Shown in pieces: positions 1 through 10,212 of a DNA stretch of 64,000 bases. The first letter of the stretch is position 1, and every line of letters begins with the position of its first letter. Made by a program: the position numbers and the translations under genes. Location: the NCBI GenBank assembly GCA_052426225.1, contig JBNJNM010000021.1:2604001-2668000 (forward strand). The letters run 5' to 3'. The notes below the pieces were generated by a model that was given only the letters and a program-made list of their open reading frames with translations, was not told the origin of the DNA and did no database searches. This DNA is from Zancudomyces culisetae HAW-14-8. Taxonomy: Eukaryota > Fungi > Kickxellomycota.

Positions 1-1064
1 GATAGTCATTGCGGTCGCTGGGTATGGAGGTGAAATGTTCGGCATGTCTGAAGCAAGGGTAAAACCGATACAGCAAGCCGTGGACAACGCGATAAGAATA
101 GCCATGGGAGTGGGCAGATCGACATGTATGAGGAGATTGCGAGAAGAATTAAATATAACAGATATTTACAGTAGAACGACCAGAGCTAGAGACAGAGCAT
201 TCCACAAATGGAGTGGCATGAAAACATGGATAGCAGATTTAATACAGAACCCCTTCAAACACTCGAAGGACACTTGGGTCACAGGGTACACAAGGTGGTC
301 TAACAGATTCAACAGGATCAAGATTGATAATGTACCAACCGGAGAGATAAGAAAAACCAAAGAGACACTCGAGATAAACAACAGACTGAAAGACAAGTCG
401 AATATTACAAAGTGGATAAAGGAAGTTGGAGCAGGCCGACAAAGGAACTGGGTCGACTTACAAGCGGCCTTTCCACAGTACATGAAACACATTCTTTTCG
501 TAGGTCGAATTCGAATAGGCCAATTTTGGACCGCCACGAGATTAGCAAATTCGGGTTTTATAGATCCAGATTACAAAGCCAAATGTCCGTTCTGTAAGAA
601 AGAAGAAAAAGAAACAGTTGAACATTACCTATTAGATTGCAGCAGATGGGACGAAATTAGGAATGATTTACTTACCGAATTTATAGATTTTTATAGTTCT
701 TTTTTATCTAGCACGATTTCCGAGTGTGTTGAGCTTCGCAGGAAAATCGTGGGTAAACTCCTGGGGGAGGAGTTAAAGCTCAAACTACCTGGGATTCTTC
801 GGGATCCAAACGCCACTTGCGTTAGAGCAGTGGTTTCCACAGCCCGGTTTCTTAACGAGACCTTTTTACCTCGCTACCTAGTGTTGAAAGACATTAGTGT
901 AGTCCCACTCCCCTTGAACCAATGCCCATCGGGTACGGAGACTCTAGAGAGTCGAAGGGGGATAGGATGAGTTTAGATTATAGATTGTTTTTAATTGTTT
1001 ATAGGAACTGTTTATTTTCTAAATAAATTTTTTTTTCTACCGAAAAAAAAAAAAAAAAAAAAAA
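1..1064 (+). mobile_element. LINE copy 1 of array 1 (3' end of ORF2, 3' UTR, poly(A)); 5' part lies outside the window
   Basis: Near-identical to 7333-8387. ORF2 C-terminus with CPFC..H..C zinc finger, stop at 968-970. Ends AATAAA...CTACCG + A22 (1043-1064). Confidence 0.97.
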
Positions 1065-1741
1065 CAACAGGCTGAAAGACAAGTCGAATATTACAAAGTG
1101 GATAAAGGAAGTTGGAGCAGGCCGACAAAGGAATTGGGTCGACTTACAAGCGGCCTTTCCACAGTACATGAAACACATTCTTTTCGTAGGTCGAATTCGA
1201 ATAGGTCAATTCTGGACCGCCACGAGATTAGCAAATTCGGGGTTTATAGATCCAGATTACAAAGCCAAATGTCCGTTCTGTAAGAAAGAAGAAAAAGAAA
1301 CAGTTGAGCATTACTTATTAGATTGCAGTAGATGGGACGAAATTAGGAAGGATTTACTTACTGAATTTATAGATTTTTATAGTTCTTTTTTATCTAGCAC
1401 GATTTCCGAGTGTGTTGAGCTTCGCAGGAAAATCGTGGGTAAACTCCTGGGGGAGGAGTTAAAGCTCAAACTACCTGGGATTCTTCGGGATCCAAACGCC
1501 ACTTGCGTTAGAGCAGTGGTTTCCACAGCCCGGTTTCTTAACGAGACCTTTTTACCTCGCTACCTAGTGTTGAAAGACATTAGTGTAGTCCCACTCCCCT
1601 TGAACCAATGCCCATCGGGTACGGAGACTCTAGAGAGTCGAAGGGGAATAGGATGAGTTTAGAATATAGATTGTTTTTATTTTTTAGGAACTGTTTATTT
1701 TCTAAATAAATTTTTTTTTCTACCGAAAAAAAAAAAAAAAA
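1065..1741 (+). mobile_element. LINE copy 2 of array 1, 5'-truncated (~0.68 kb)
   Basis: Starts directly after the previous poly(A) at (AAA)CAACAGGCTG, an internal ORF2 sequence. Ends CTACCG + A16 (1726-1741). Confidence 0.97.
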
Positions 1742-2489
1742 TCAAGATTGATAATGTACCAACCGGAGAGGTAAGAAAAACTAAGGAGACACTCGAGATA
1801 AACAACAGGCTGAAAGACAAGTCGAATGTTACAAAGTGGATAAAGGAAGTTGGAGCAGGCCGACAAAGGAATTGGGTCGACTTACAAGCGGCCTTTCCAC
1901 AGTACATGAAACACATTCTTTTCGTAGGCCGAATTCGAATAGGTCAATTTTGGACCGCCACGAGATTAGCAAATTCGGGGTTTATAGATCCAGATTACAA
2001 AGCCAAATGTCCGTTCTGTAAGAAAGAAGAAAAAGAAACAGTTGAGCATTACTTATTAGATTGCAGTAGATGGGACGAAATTAGGAAGGATTTACTTACC
2101 GAATTTATAGATTTTTATAGTTCTTTTTTATCTAGCACGATTTCCGAGTGTGTTGAGCTTCGCAGGAAAATCGTGGGTAAACTCCTGGGGGAGGAGTTAA
2201 AGCTCAAACTACCTGGGATTCTTCGGGATCCAAACGCCACTTGCGTTAGAGCAGTGGTTTCCACAGCCCGGTTTCTTAACGAGACCTTTTTACCTCGCTA
2301 CCTATTGTTGAAAGACATTAGTGTAGTCCCACTCCCCTTGAACCAATGCCCATCGGGTACGGAGACTCTAGAGAGTCGAAGGGGGATAGGATGAGTTTAG
2401 ATTATAGATTGTTTTTATTTTTTTTAGGAACTGTTTATCTTCTAAATAAATTTTTTTTCTACCGAAAAAAAAAAAAAAAAAAAAAAAAA
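1742..2489 (+). mobile_element. LINE copy 3 of array 1, 5'-truncated (~0.75 kb)
   Basis: Starts at (A)TCAAGATTGATAATG directly after the poly(A). Ends CTACCG + A25 (2465-2489). Confidence 0.97.
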
Positions 2490-2503
2490 TTAAATATAAC
2501 AGA
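2490..2503 (+). repeat. Left target-site duplication of the full-length LINE (TTAAATATAACAGA plus an undefined number of preceding A's); right copy at 8388-8401
   Basis: Identical 14-mer immediately before the element 5' end and immediately after its poly(A). Confidence 0.9.
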
Positions 2504-2802
2504 GATCTCGACACATTTAGACATTAAAAACCATAAGAAAAAAAAAAGATATATAGCAATTAGAAAACATAAGAAAAAACATAAAAAGATAACAAAAAGA
2601 TAACAAAAAAAGTTTTAAAAAACCCAAAAAACATAGTAAAAAGTACCCAAAAGGTCATAAAAAACTCATAAAAAACACGTCTAAACCGAGATTAGTACTG
2701 ATCTCGACACATTTAGTCCAACTGAACATAAATCTAAACCTAAATCTACTAAATTTAACTGACCTTAAATCCAAAAAAACCCTAAGAAACGTCTGCGAAG
2801 AT

Positions 2803-4449
2803 ATGGCATCAACGCAGACGAAAGAAAAGTCCTATGCGCAAACTGCGCAAAGGGGCAGCTACCAAGCTGCAAGAGGAGGTAGAGCGATGCTCTACCAACA
2901 ATACTCTATCCTCCACTGGGTCGATGAGAGACCCGATGTAGGGAATATGATTGTTTGCAGAACCAGAGATGAGCGAAAACTCGCCATCCGAACCAGAAGC
3001 ATCAACGCAAACTATGATGCAGCAATGGGGGAGATCTCTGATACCCTAAAAGACTTTGAAGTATCATTCGACCAAGACAGAGAAAGAGGAGTTCTGTTTG
3101 TCTGGTTCAAAACAGTGGAAGACGCAGAAGCGGCTAGAAAGATCAAAAAAACTGTGTCAGGAAAGGAGCTAGATCTGTGGAACACCTTTCAACACACAGA
3201 AGTAACGAAAGTGGTGACCATACCATCATTCAAGAACGATGAGATCCATGGATTCGTCGCAAATCTATACCAAGTAATGAAGCACTATGGTGAGATTGCA
3301 GACATTATGGCATTAAGGGTGGCGGGCAACGATCACTTCGTTGTCAACAGCCTAAAGGTACTAATAAGGATGCACAAGGGAGCTAAACTGCCTACAACAA
3401 TAGTGGTAAAGGATGAAAAGATCAATCTGATCTGGGATGGGGCGCCAGCCTCTTGCACATACTGCAAGATTGAGGGTCACTGGAAGAGTGAATGCCCTGA
3501 ACTGGCAAAACAAAGAAAAAGAAACAGACCAGACAGGTACAGAGAAATAAAACAAATGATAGCAGAAGGCAAAAACCAGATTGAACAAGAGAGACAAAAA
3601 GAAATGGAAATGAATAAGGAGTTAGAAATGCAGAATGAACTAGAAAACCAACACGAAAAAAAAAGACAACAAGAACAGGAAAAACACCAGGAACGGGAAA
3701 AGCAGCAAAAAGAAGCCGAAAAGGAAGCGGAAAACGAAGCTGATAATGAAAATGAAAATGGGAAGGAAAGGGCAAGCGATAAAGAAAGCTTTGACGACGA
3801 CTACGAAAGTCGTATGGACGAAGGATACGACTCGGAAGAGGAAAAACAAGAACGAGTACAAAATGAAGAGGAAGCACGAAAACAAGCAGAACTGGAGAAA
3901 GCAGAAAACATGGAGGTGGAAAATATCATCAACGAAGTTATCTTTAATAACAACATTAGTAAAAAAAAAACAAAAAAACAAAAATTCAAAATACTGAAAC
4001 AAAGCAGTAAACAAAAACAGATCAAAAAGATCAATAAACAAAAAAAAAATAAGGAAGACAATGCAGTCATAAGGCTGGCACAAAAGCTTGCGATGAAGGA
4101 AAAAGAAGCAAAAGAAAGAATAGAAAGAGAATCACTTACAGCAGAAGGGGAGACACGAATGGAAGCACAGCCACAACAAGAGGAACAAGGGCAAGAACAA
4201 CAACAGGAACAAATGCAGCAACAAGGACAAGAGCAAGAGCAAGAGCAAGAAAAACAACAGGAACAGAATCAAGAACAGGAACAAGAACAACAACAGAACC
4301 AGCAGGCAAGAACACCACCTGCGCAAACGGTCGACAAAGAAACAGGGGACCTGGAGGGACAGGTCAAGGACACCAATAGTAATTCTGGCATACAAGATGA
4401 GGAGATGAAGGAAGCACTCCCTTCATCTCCGATAAATGTAATGGATTAA
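2803..4449 (+). CDS. LINE ORF1p (gag-like nucleic-acid-binding protein, 548 aa)
   Basis: N-terminal KSYAQ motif, CX2CX4HX4C knuckle CTYCKIEGHWKSEC, long E/Q/K-rich coiled or disordered C-terminus. Confidence 0.92.
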   Translation: MASTQTKEKSYAQTAQRGSYQAARGGRAMLYQQYSILHWVDERPDVGNMIVCRTRDERKLAIRTRSINANYDAAMGEISDTLKDFEVSFDQDRERGVLFVWFKTVEDAEAARKIKKTVSGKELDLWNTFQHTEVTKVVTIPSFKNDEIHGFVANLYQVMKHYGEIADIMALRVAGNDHFVVNSLKVLIRMHKGAKLPTTIVVKDEKINLIWDGAPASCTYCKIEGHWKSECPELAKQRKRNRPDRYREIKQMIAEGKNQIEQERQKEMEMNKELEMQNELENQHEKKRQQEQEKHQEREKQQKEAEKEAENEADNENENGKERASDKESFDDDYESRMDEGYDSEEEKQERVQNEEEARKQAELEKAENMEVENIINEVIFNNNISKKKTKKQKFKILKQSSKQKQIKKINKQKKNKEDNAVIRLAQKLAMKEKEAKERIERESLTAEGETRMEAQPQQEEQGQEQQQEQMQQQGQEQEQEQEKQQEQNQEQEQEQQQNQQARTPPAQTVDKETGDLEGQVKDTNSNSGIQDEEMKEALPSSPINVMD

Positions 4450-4678
4450 CATCCTATTCAAGTAACAGAATTACATCATTATAACAACAACAACACAAAA
4501 AAAAATAACAACAAATATCATAACTGATAAACTACTGGTACTCAACATACCAGAATTGTCTCAGAAAACTGTAAAATATTTTTTTTCGTTCATCACAAAA
4601 ATCGAAAAAAAAAATTTACACGTTAAAAAAATCAAACAGAAAAATAAATCTTACCGTTTCGAAATCCAAAAAATCGAT

Positions 4679-7600
4679 ATGTCCTTGATTCGCATTACCG
4701 ACCTAAAAAAAAGGGAGTTTGAAAAAAAATTAAAGTGTATATTAAAATTAGAAGAAAATAAAAATGAAAGAGAGAAAAATTTAAAAAACGAAAAAACAAA
4801 AAATTTATACCAAAAAAAAATAGATAAAAAAAATGAAAAAATTAACCTAAAAATAATGACATACAACGTATGCTCAATAAAAAATAAAAAACATGAATTA
4901 GATTATTTTCTAACAAAGATCAACCCAACCATACTATGCTTGCAGGAGACCCACCTGCAGGAGAAATCTGGGAGGATGAACATAAATGGCTACACATGTG
5001 TAGAGTCAAAAAGGCCGACACTAAAGACGGGTTCTGGTCTTCTAGTAGGGGTAAAAAAAAATATTGGCTGGCACATAGAGGAGTATAAAAATAATAATAC
5101 CTGGATGGCCGCAAAAATACATGGATATACAGAAAAGGAGCATAAAAGACTGGAAGTGATGGTAGTGAATGTACACACGCCACACAAACCAAAAGAAAGA
5201 ACTATGATGAAGAAGGAGGTAGAGGACTTCATCAACAAGGAATACGGTAAAAACAGAGAAATAAAAATAATACTATGCGGAGACTTCAACATGAGGACGA
5301 GCATCGTCACACCATGGTTGAAAAAATTCAGGTGCATAGTCAGGAGAGCCCCAACAAGGAAACGAAGCGGAACTAGGATAACAAAAAAGCGACTGAAGAA
5401 CACCATCGATCACATCTTTTATACCCCCACAGTAGGACAATTCGTGACAACAAAACTACACAAAAAAATTGACCTCAGTGATCATCTGGCTATTACAGCT
5501 AACTTCACCATTGAGGAAATCAAACCAGAGCAGCAAAAAAAAAGTGTCAACCGGAAATTATTGGACCAAAAATCAGATTTATTTAGAACTCACAACAAAT
5601 TTTCAATTTTGACATCTCTTAACGAAACTGACGAACTAATCAGTGAAACCGTTAATGAGACTAAAAAATTGATGGATAAGATGACAAGAAAAAATAATCC
5701 AAACCCAAAAAATAATGAGAAATTGGCCGAAAAAAATTCCGAAGCCAAAAAAAATCAACATTTTTTAAGTAAAAAAACGCGAAAAATGATCAAACTTCGT
5801 TGCAAATTGTTCAAAAAAATGCTCAGAACTTGTGATGAACACGAGAAAGAGCTGTTTTATAATGATTACGTCCAGATGAAGTCCAAAACTACAAAACTGA
5901 TCAAAAGTGACCAAAAATTACATAAAAAAAAGGAGTTAGTTAAACTATGCGAACACATCAAAGGCAATGATGCCAAGACGATGTGGAGATGGTTAAAAAT
6001 GAGGGCTCTAAATAAAAAATCTGTCTTCAATAATGGAGGAGTTTTGGATGAATCAGGAAGGGAGATAACAGAGGAATCAGAGAAACTCAAAGTTTGGATA
6101 AAACATTTTTATAAATTATCAAAAAACGACAATAGCAACGCAAACACAATTCCAGAAGAACTGGACGAGGAAATGGACTATTATAAAGAATGCGACGAAG
6201 AACCAACATGGACAGAAATTAAAGAAGCGCTAAAAGAAACTCCGAGAAACAAAGCAGCGGGTGAAGATGGCATTCCGAGCGAAATCTGGAAATTTATACA
6301 GAGCGATGAAGATCCAGACTCGGAATTAGCTTTACTTTTATTAACTATAATAAAAAGGTTCTGGACTAATCCAAAGTTAAACAGTGAAAACAATACCAGC
6401 GTAATCGTTCCTATCTTCAAAAAAGGAAACACTAAAGACCCAAACAATTACAGAGGAATTTCTTTAATCCCAACAATAACCAAACTTATAGCTAAAATAG
6501 TCGCTAATAAATTAAGATTAATAGATAATAGACATATATTATTAGCAAAAGAGCAAGCGGGATTCAGGACACTGGAGGAATGCGTAGCTCAAGCTACAGC
6601 TCTATACGAAATTATAAAAAGGCGAAAAATTAATAATACAAAAACCATAATTTGTTTTATTGATTTTGAAAAAGCCTACGACAAAGTGCAACACAATTTA
6701 TTATTCAAAAAATTAAAAATGAACAAAATAAATGGTAAATTGCTAACAGTAATTAAAGAATTATACGCTAACGCAAAGATAAAAGTGAGGGTAGGAAATA
6801 GATTATCGGAGGCGATGAACTTCGAAAGAGGTGTTCGCCAAGGATGCCCAGCCTCACCAATGCTTTTTGATATTTTTATCAACGATATATTTGAAGGAAT
6901 GGAGGGAATAGAAGTGCCAGGGATTCAAGAAAAAATTCCGGGACTACTATTTGCAGACGATACAGTTTTATTGTCAGACACTCCAGAACAGATGCAAGAA
7001 GCACTTAACACAATGCAGCAATGGTGTCAGAAGTGGGACATGAAGGTGAATGCTAGCAAGAGTGCAATTATGACAGTTGAAGCAGTGAATAGAACAAGTG
7101 ACGAAAACAACAATAATATTGAAATTACGATTCCAGAATACTTTTTGGGAAGTGCAAAAGTACCAGAAGTAGATGAATATAAATACTTGGGTGTTATATT
7201 CAATAAATATTGGAATAACAAGCTACACATACAGGAGAAGAAAGAAAAAGTACAAAGAGCAACCATGAGCAACTACTATCTACTCAAAGACAGAAATACA
7301 CCGCTGTTGATGAAAAAGATGGTAATTAGGTCGATAGTCATTGCGGTCGCTGGGTATGGAGGTGAAATGTTCGGCATGTCTGAAGCAAGGGTAAAACCGA
7401 TACAGCAAGCCGTGGACAACACATTAAGAATAGCCATGGGAGTGGGCAGATCGACATGCATGAGGAGATTGCGAGAAGAATTAAATATAACAGATATTTA
7501 CAGTAGAACGACCAGAGCTAGAGACAGAGCATTCCACAAATGGAGTGGCATGAAAACATGGATAGCAGATTTAATACAGAACCCCTTCAAACACTCGAAG

Positions 7601-8302
7601 GACACTTGGGTCACAGGGTACACAAGGTGGTCTAACAGATTCAACAGGATCAAGATTGATAATGCACCAACCGGAGAGGTAAGAAAAACTAAGGAGACAC
7701 TCGAGATAAACAACAGGCTGAAAGACAAGTCGAATATTACAAAGTGGATAAAGGAAATTGGAGCAGGCCGACAAAGGAATTGGGTCGACTTACAAGCGGC
7801 CTTTCCACAGTACATGAAACACATTCTTTTCGTAGGTCGAATTCGAATAGGTCAATTTTGGACCGCCACGAGATTAGCAAATTCGGGTTTTATAGATCCA
7901 GATTACAAAGCCAAATGTCCGTTCTGTAAGAAAGAAGAAAAAGAAACAGTTGAGCATTACTTATTAGATTGCAGTAGATGGGACGAAATTAGGAAGGATT
8001 TACTTACTGAATTTATAGATTTTTATAGTTCTTTTTTATCTAGCACGATTTCCGAGTGTGTTGAGCTTCGCAGGAAAATCGTGGGTAAACTCCTGGGGGA
8101 GGAGTTAAAGCTCAAACTACCTGGGATTCTTCGGGATCCAAACGCCACTTGCGTTAGAGCAGTGGTTTCCACAGCCCGGTTTCTTAACGAGACCTTTTTA
8201 CCTCGCTACCTAGTGTTGAAAGACATTAGTGTAGTCCCACTCCCCTTGAACCAATGCCCATCGGGTACGGAGACTCTAGAGAGTCGAAGGGGAATAGGAT
8301 GA
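4679..8302 (+). CDS. LINE ORF2p: APE endonuclease + reverse transcriptase + C-terminal CCHC finger (frame open from 4466; first ATG 4679)
   Basis: EN motifs IMTYNV, LCLQETH, GDFN, IDHIF, SDH. RT motifs YRGISL, DFEKAYD, GVRQGCPASP, LFADD, YKYLG. Zinc finger CPFCKKEEKETVEHYLLDC. Confidence 0.97.
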   Translation: MSLIRITDLKKREFEKKLKCILKLEENKNEREKNLKNEKTKNLYQKKIDKKNEKINLKIMTYNVCSIKNKKHELDYFLTKINPTILCLQETHLQEKSGRMNINGYTCVESKRPTLKTGSGLLVGVKKNIGWHIEEYKNNNTWMAAKIHGYTEKEHKRLEVMVVNVHTPHKPKERTMMKKEVEDFINKEYGKNREIKIILCGDFNMRTSIVTPWLKKFRCIVRRAPTRKRSGTRITKKRLKNTIDHIFYTPTVGQFVTTKLHKKIDLSDHLAITANFTIEEIKPEQQKKSVNRKLLDQKSDLFRTHNKFSILTSLNETDELISETVNETKKLMDKMTRKNNPNPKNNEKLAEKNSEAKKNQHFLSKKTRKMIKLRCKLFKKMLRTCDEHEKELFYNDYVQMKSKTTKLIKSDQKLHKKKELVKLCEHIKGNDAKTMWRWLKMRALNKKSVFNNGGVLDESGREITEESEKLKVWIKHFYKLSKNDNSNANTIPEELDEEMDYYKECDEEPTWTEIKEALKETPRNKAAGEDGIPSEIWKFIQSDEDPDSELALLLLTIIKRFWTNPKLNSENNTSVIVPIFKKGNTKDPNNYRGISLIPTITKLIAKIVANKLRLIDNRHILLAKEQAGFRTLEECVAQATALYEIIKRRKINNTKTIICFIDFEKAYDKVQHNLLFKKLKMNKINGKLLTVIKELYANAKIKVRVGNRLSEAMNFERGVRQGCPASPMLFDIFINDIFEGMEGIEVPGIQEKIPGLLFADDTVLLSDTPEQMQEALNTMQQWCQKWDMKVNASKSAIMTVEAVNRTSDENNNNIEITIPEYFLGSAKVPEVDEYKYLGVIFNKYWNNKLHIQEKKEKVQRATMSNYYLLKDRNTPLLMKKMVIRSIVIAVAGYGGEMFGMSEARVKPIQQAVDNTLRIAMGVGRSTCMRRLREELNITDIYSRTTRARDRAFHKWSGMKTWIADLIQNPFKHSKDTWVTGYTRWSNRFNRIKIDNAPTGEVRKTKETLEINNRLKDKSNITKWIKEIGAGRQRNWVDLQAAFPQYMKHILFVGRIRIGQFWTATRLANSGFIDPDYKAKCPFCKKEEKETVEHYLLDCSRWDEIRKDLLTEFIDFYSSFLSSTISECVELRRKIVGKLLGEELKLKLPGILRDPNATCVRAVVSTARFLNETFLPRYLVLKDISVVPLPLNQCPSGTETLESRRGIG

Positions 8303-8387
8303 GTTTAGATTATAGATTGTTTTTATTTTTAGGAACTGTTTATTTTCTAAATAAATTTTTTTTTCTACCGAAGAAAAAAAAAAAAAA

Positions 8388-9287
8388 TTAAATATAACAG
8401 ATATTTATAGTAGAACGACCAGAGCTAGAGACAGAGCATTCCACAAATGGAGTGGCATGAAAACATGGATAGCAGATTTAATACAGAACCCCTTCAAACA
8501 CTCGAAGGACACTTGGGTCACAGGGTACACAAGGTGGTCTAACAGATTCAACAGGATCAAGATTGATAATGTACTAACCGGAGAGATAAGAAAAACTAAG
8601 GAGACACTCGAGATAAACAACAGGCTGAAAGACAAGTCGAATGTTACAAAGTGGATAAAGGAAGTTGGAGCAGGCCGACAAAGGAATTGGGTCGACTTAC
8701 AAGCGGCCTTTCCACAGTACATGAAACACATTCTTTTCGTAGGCCGAATTCGAATAGGTCAATTTTGGACCGCCACGAGATTAGCAAATTCGGGGTTTAT
8801 AGATCCAGATTACAAAGCCAAATGTCCGTTCTGTAAGAAAGAAGAAAAAGAAACAGTTGAGCATTACTTATTAGATTGCAGTAGATGGGACGAAATTAGG
8901 AAGGATTTACTTACTGAATTTATAGATTATTATAGTTCTTTTTTATCTAGCACGATTTCCGAGTGTGTTGAGCTTCGCAGGAAAATCGTGGGTAAACTCC
9001 TGGGGGAGGAGTTAAAGCTCAAACTACCTGGGATTCTTCGGGATCCAAACGCCACTTGCGTTAGAGCAGTGGTTTCCACAGCCCGGTTTCTTAACGAGAC
9101 CTTTTTACCTCGCTACCTAGTGTTGAAAGACATTAGTGTAGTCCCACTCCCCTTGAACCAATGCCCATCGGGTACGGAGACTCTAGAGAGTCGAAGGGGA
9201 ATAGGATGAGTTTAGATTATAGATTGTTTTTATTTTTAGGAACTGTTTATCTTCTAAATAAATTTATTTTCTACCGAAAAAAAAAAA
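8388..9287 (+). mobile_element. LINE copy 5 of array 1, 5'-truncated (~0.9 kb), terminal copy
   Basis: Starts (AA)TTAAATATAACAGATATTT. Ends CTACCG + A11, then unique flank CCCCATTAAAAAT. Confidence 0.97.
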
Positions 9288-10212
9288 CCCCATTAAAAAT
9301 ATGCAGCATATTCATTAGTACTGCTTAAAATCTTCTTTCCAATAATTATGGCTTTTTTTAGACGTAGGCATTCTGAGCTCATTATTTGCTAATCTTTGGG
9401 ACTTTACACACATTTTTCAATACACCTATTGAATTTTCTTTCTAATGATTATAGGCATTTCTGGAGTAGCAATAAATTGGTTAATTAAATAGCAAATTAC
9501 CACAAAGTATCTACAGTTAAACCATAAAATAAAACTAATATAAATCAATCAATAATGCTAGTTTGCAAAAAGGGTAATAATTACGTCAACCGTTTCATCA
9601 CTAACTGATGTAGTGCTCTGTTAATCATCGGTTTTCACGTCAATAAAAGGTTTTGCTTAAATTATTTAAAAAGTGGTCCTTATTCACTGTAGCCGGAGCA
9701 ATCCATCTACAATATTTTTCCGAGCAGTTTTGCTTTTACAGTTTATTACATCAAGTTATTTTCTTACACGGTAACAACTGCACCTTCACAATATCCCACA
9801 GGCTAGTCTTATTTATTATAAATGACTAGTAATACTGAACCTGTAGTCACAATAATCTTGTTTATGAAACGTAATATATTTGATAAACACCAATTCCCTA
9901 TAGTTTGCTATATTCTTAGGAACTCGTATTATAAAATGTGGACCGCAAAATTAGCACTTTATAGCTATGAATTGGCCGGGTCTTTGATTTTTGCCGGATA
10001 TTGTTTACCTGTTCTGATGAAATGACCCGTAATGACCCAAATATAATAACAAAATTAAAAAAATAGCAACAGCAAAGTACAGTACATTTCATTTTTTTCC
10101 TAAATATATATAAACTGCAAGGTGTTGAAGGCAAGCTTAAAACAAGAAATTCTCATAACTACCCCTTAAACCGTTTTATCAATAAAAAAAAATAAACTAA
10201 AACAAAACAAAA

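Larger units (their letters stand above)
2504..8387 (+). mobile_element. Full-length, apparently intact L1-clade LINE (~5.9 kb): 5' UTR, ORF1, ORF2, short 3' UTR, poly(A)
   Basis: Two long uninterrupted ORFs with gag-like knuckle, APE endonuclease, RT and CCHC motifs. Flanked by a TSD. Tail AAG(A)14. Confidence 0.97.

Noticed and set aside
4556-4678. ORF2 start at 4556 as given in the ORF track
   Set aside because: It is a TTG in a eukaryote; the first ATG is at 4679. ORF1 read-through plus frameshift at the A9 run (4497-4505) is conceivable but unsupported.
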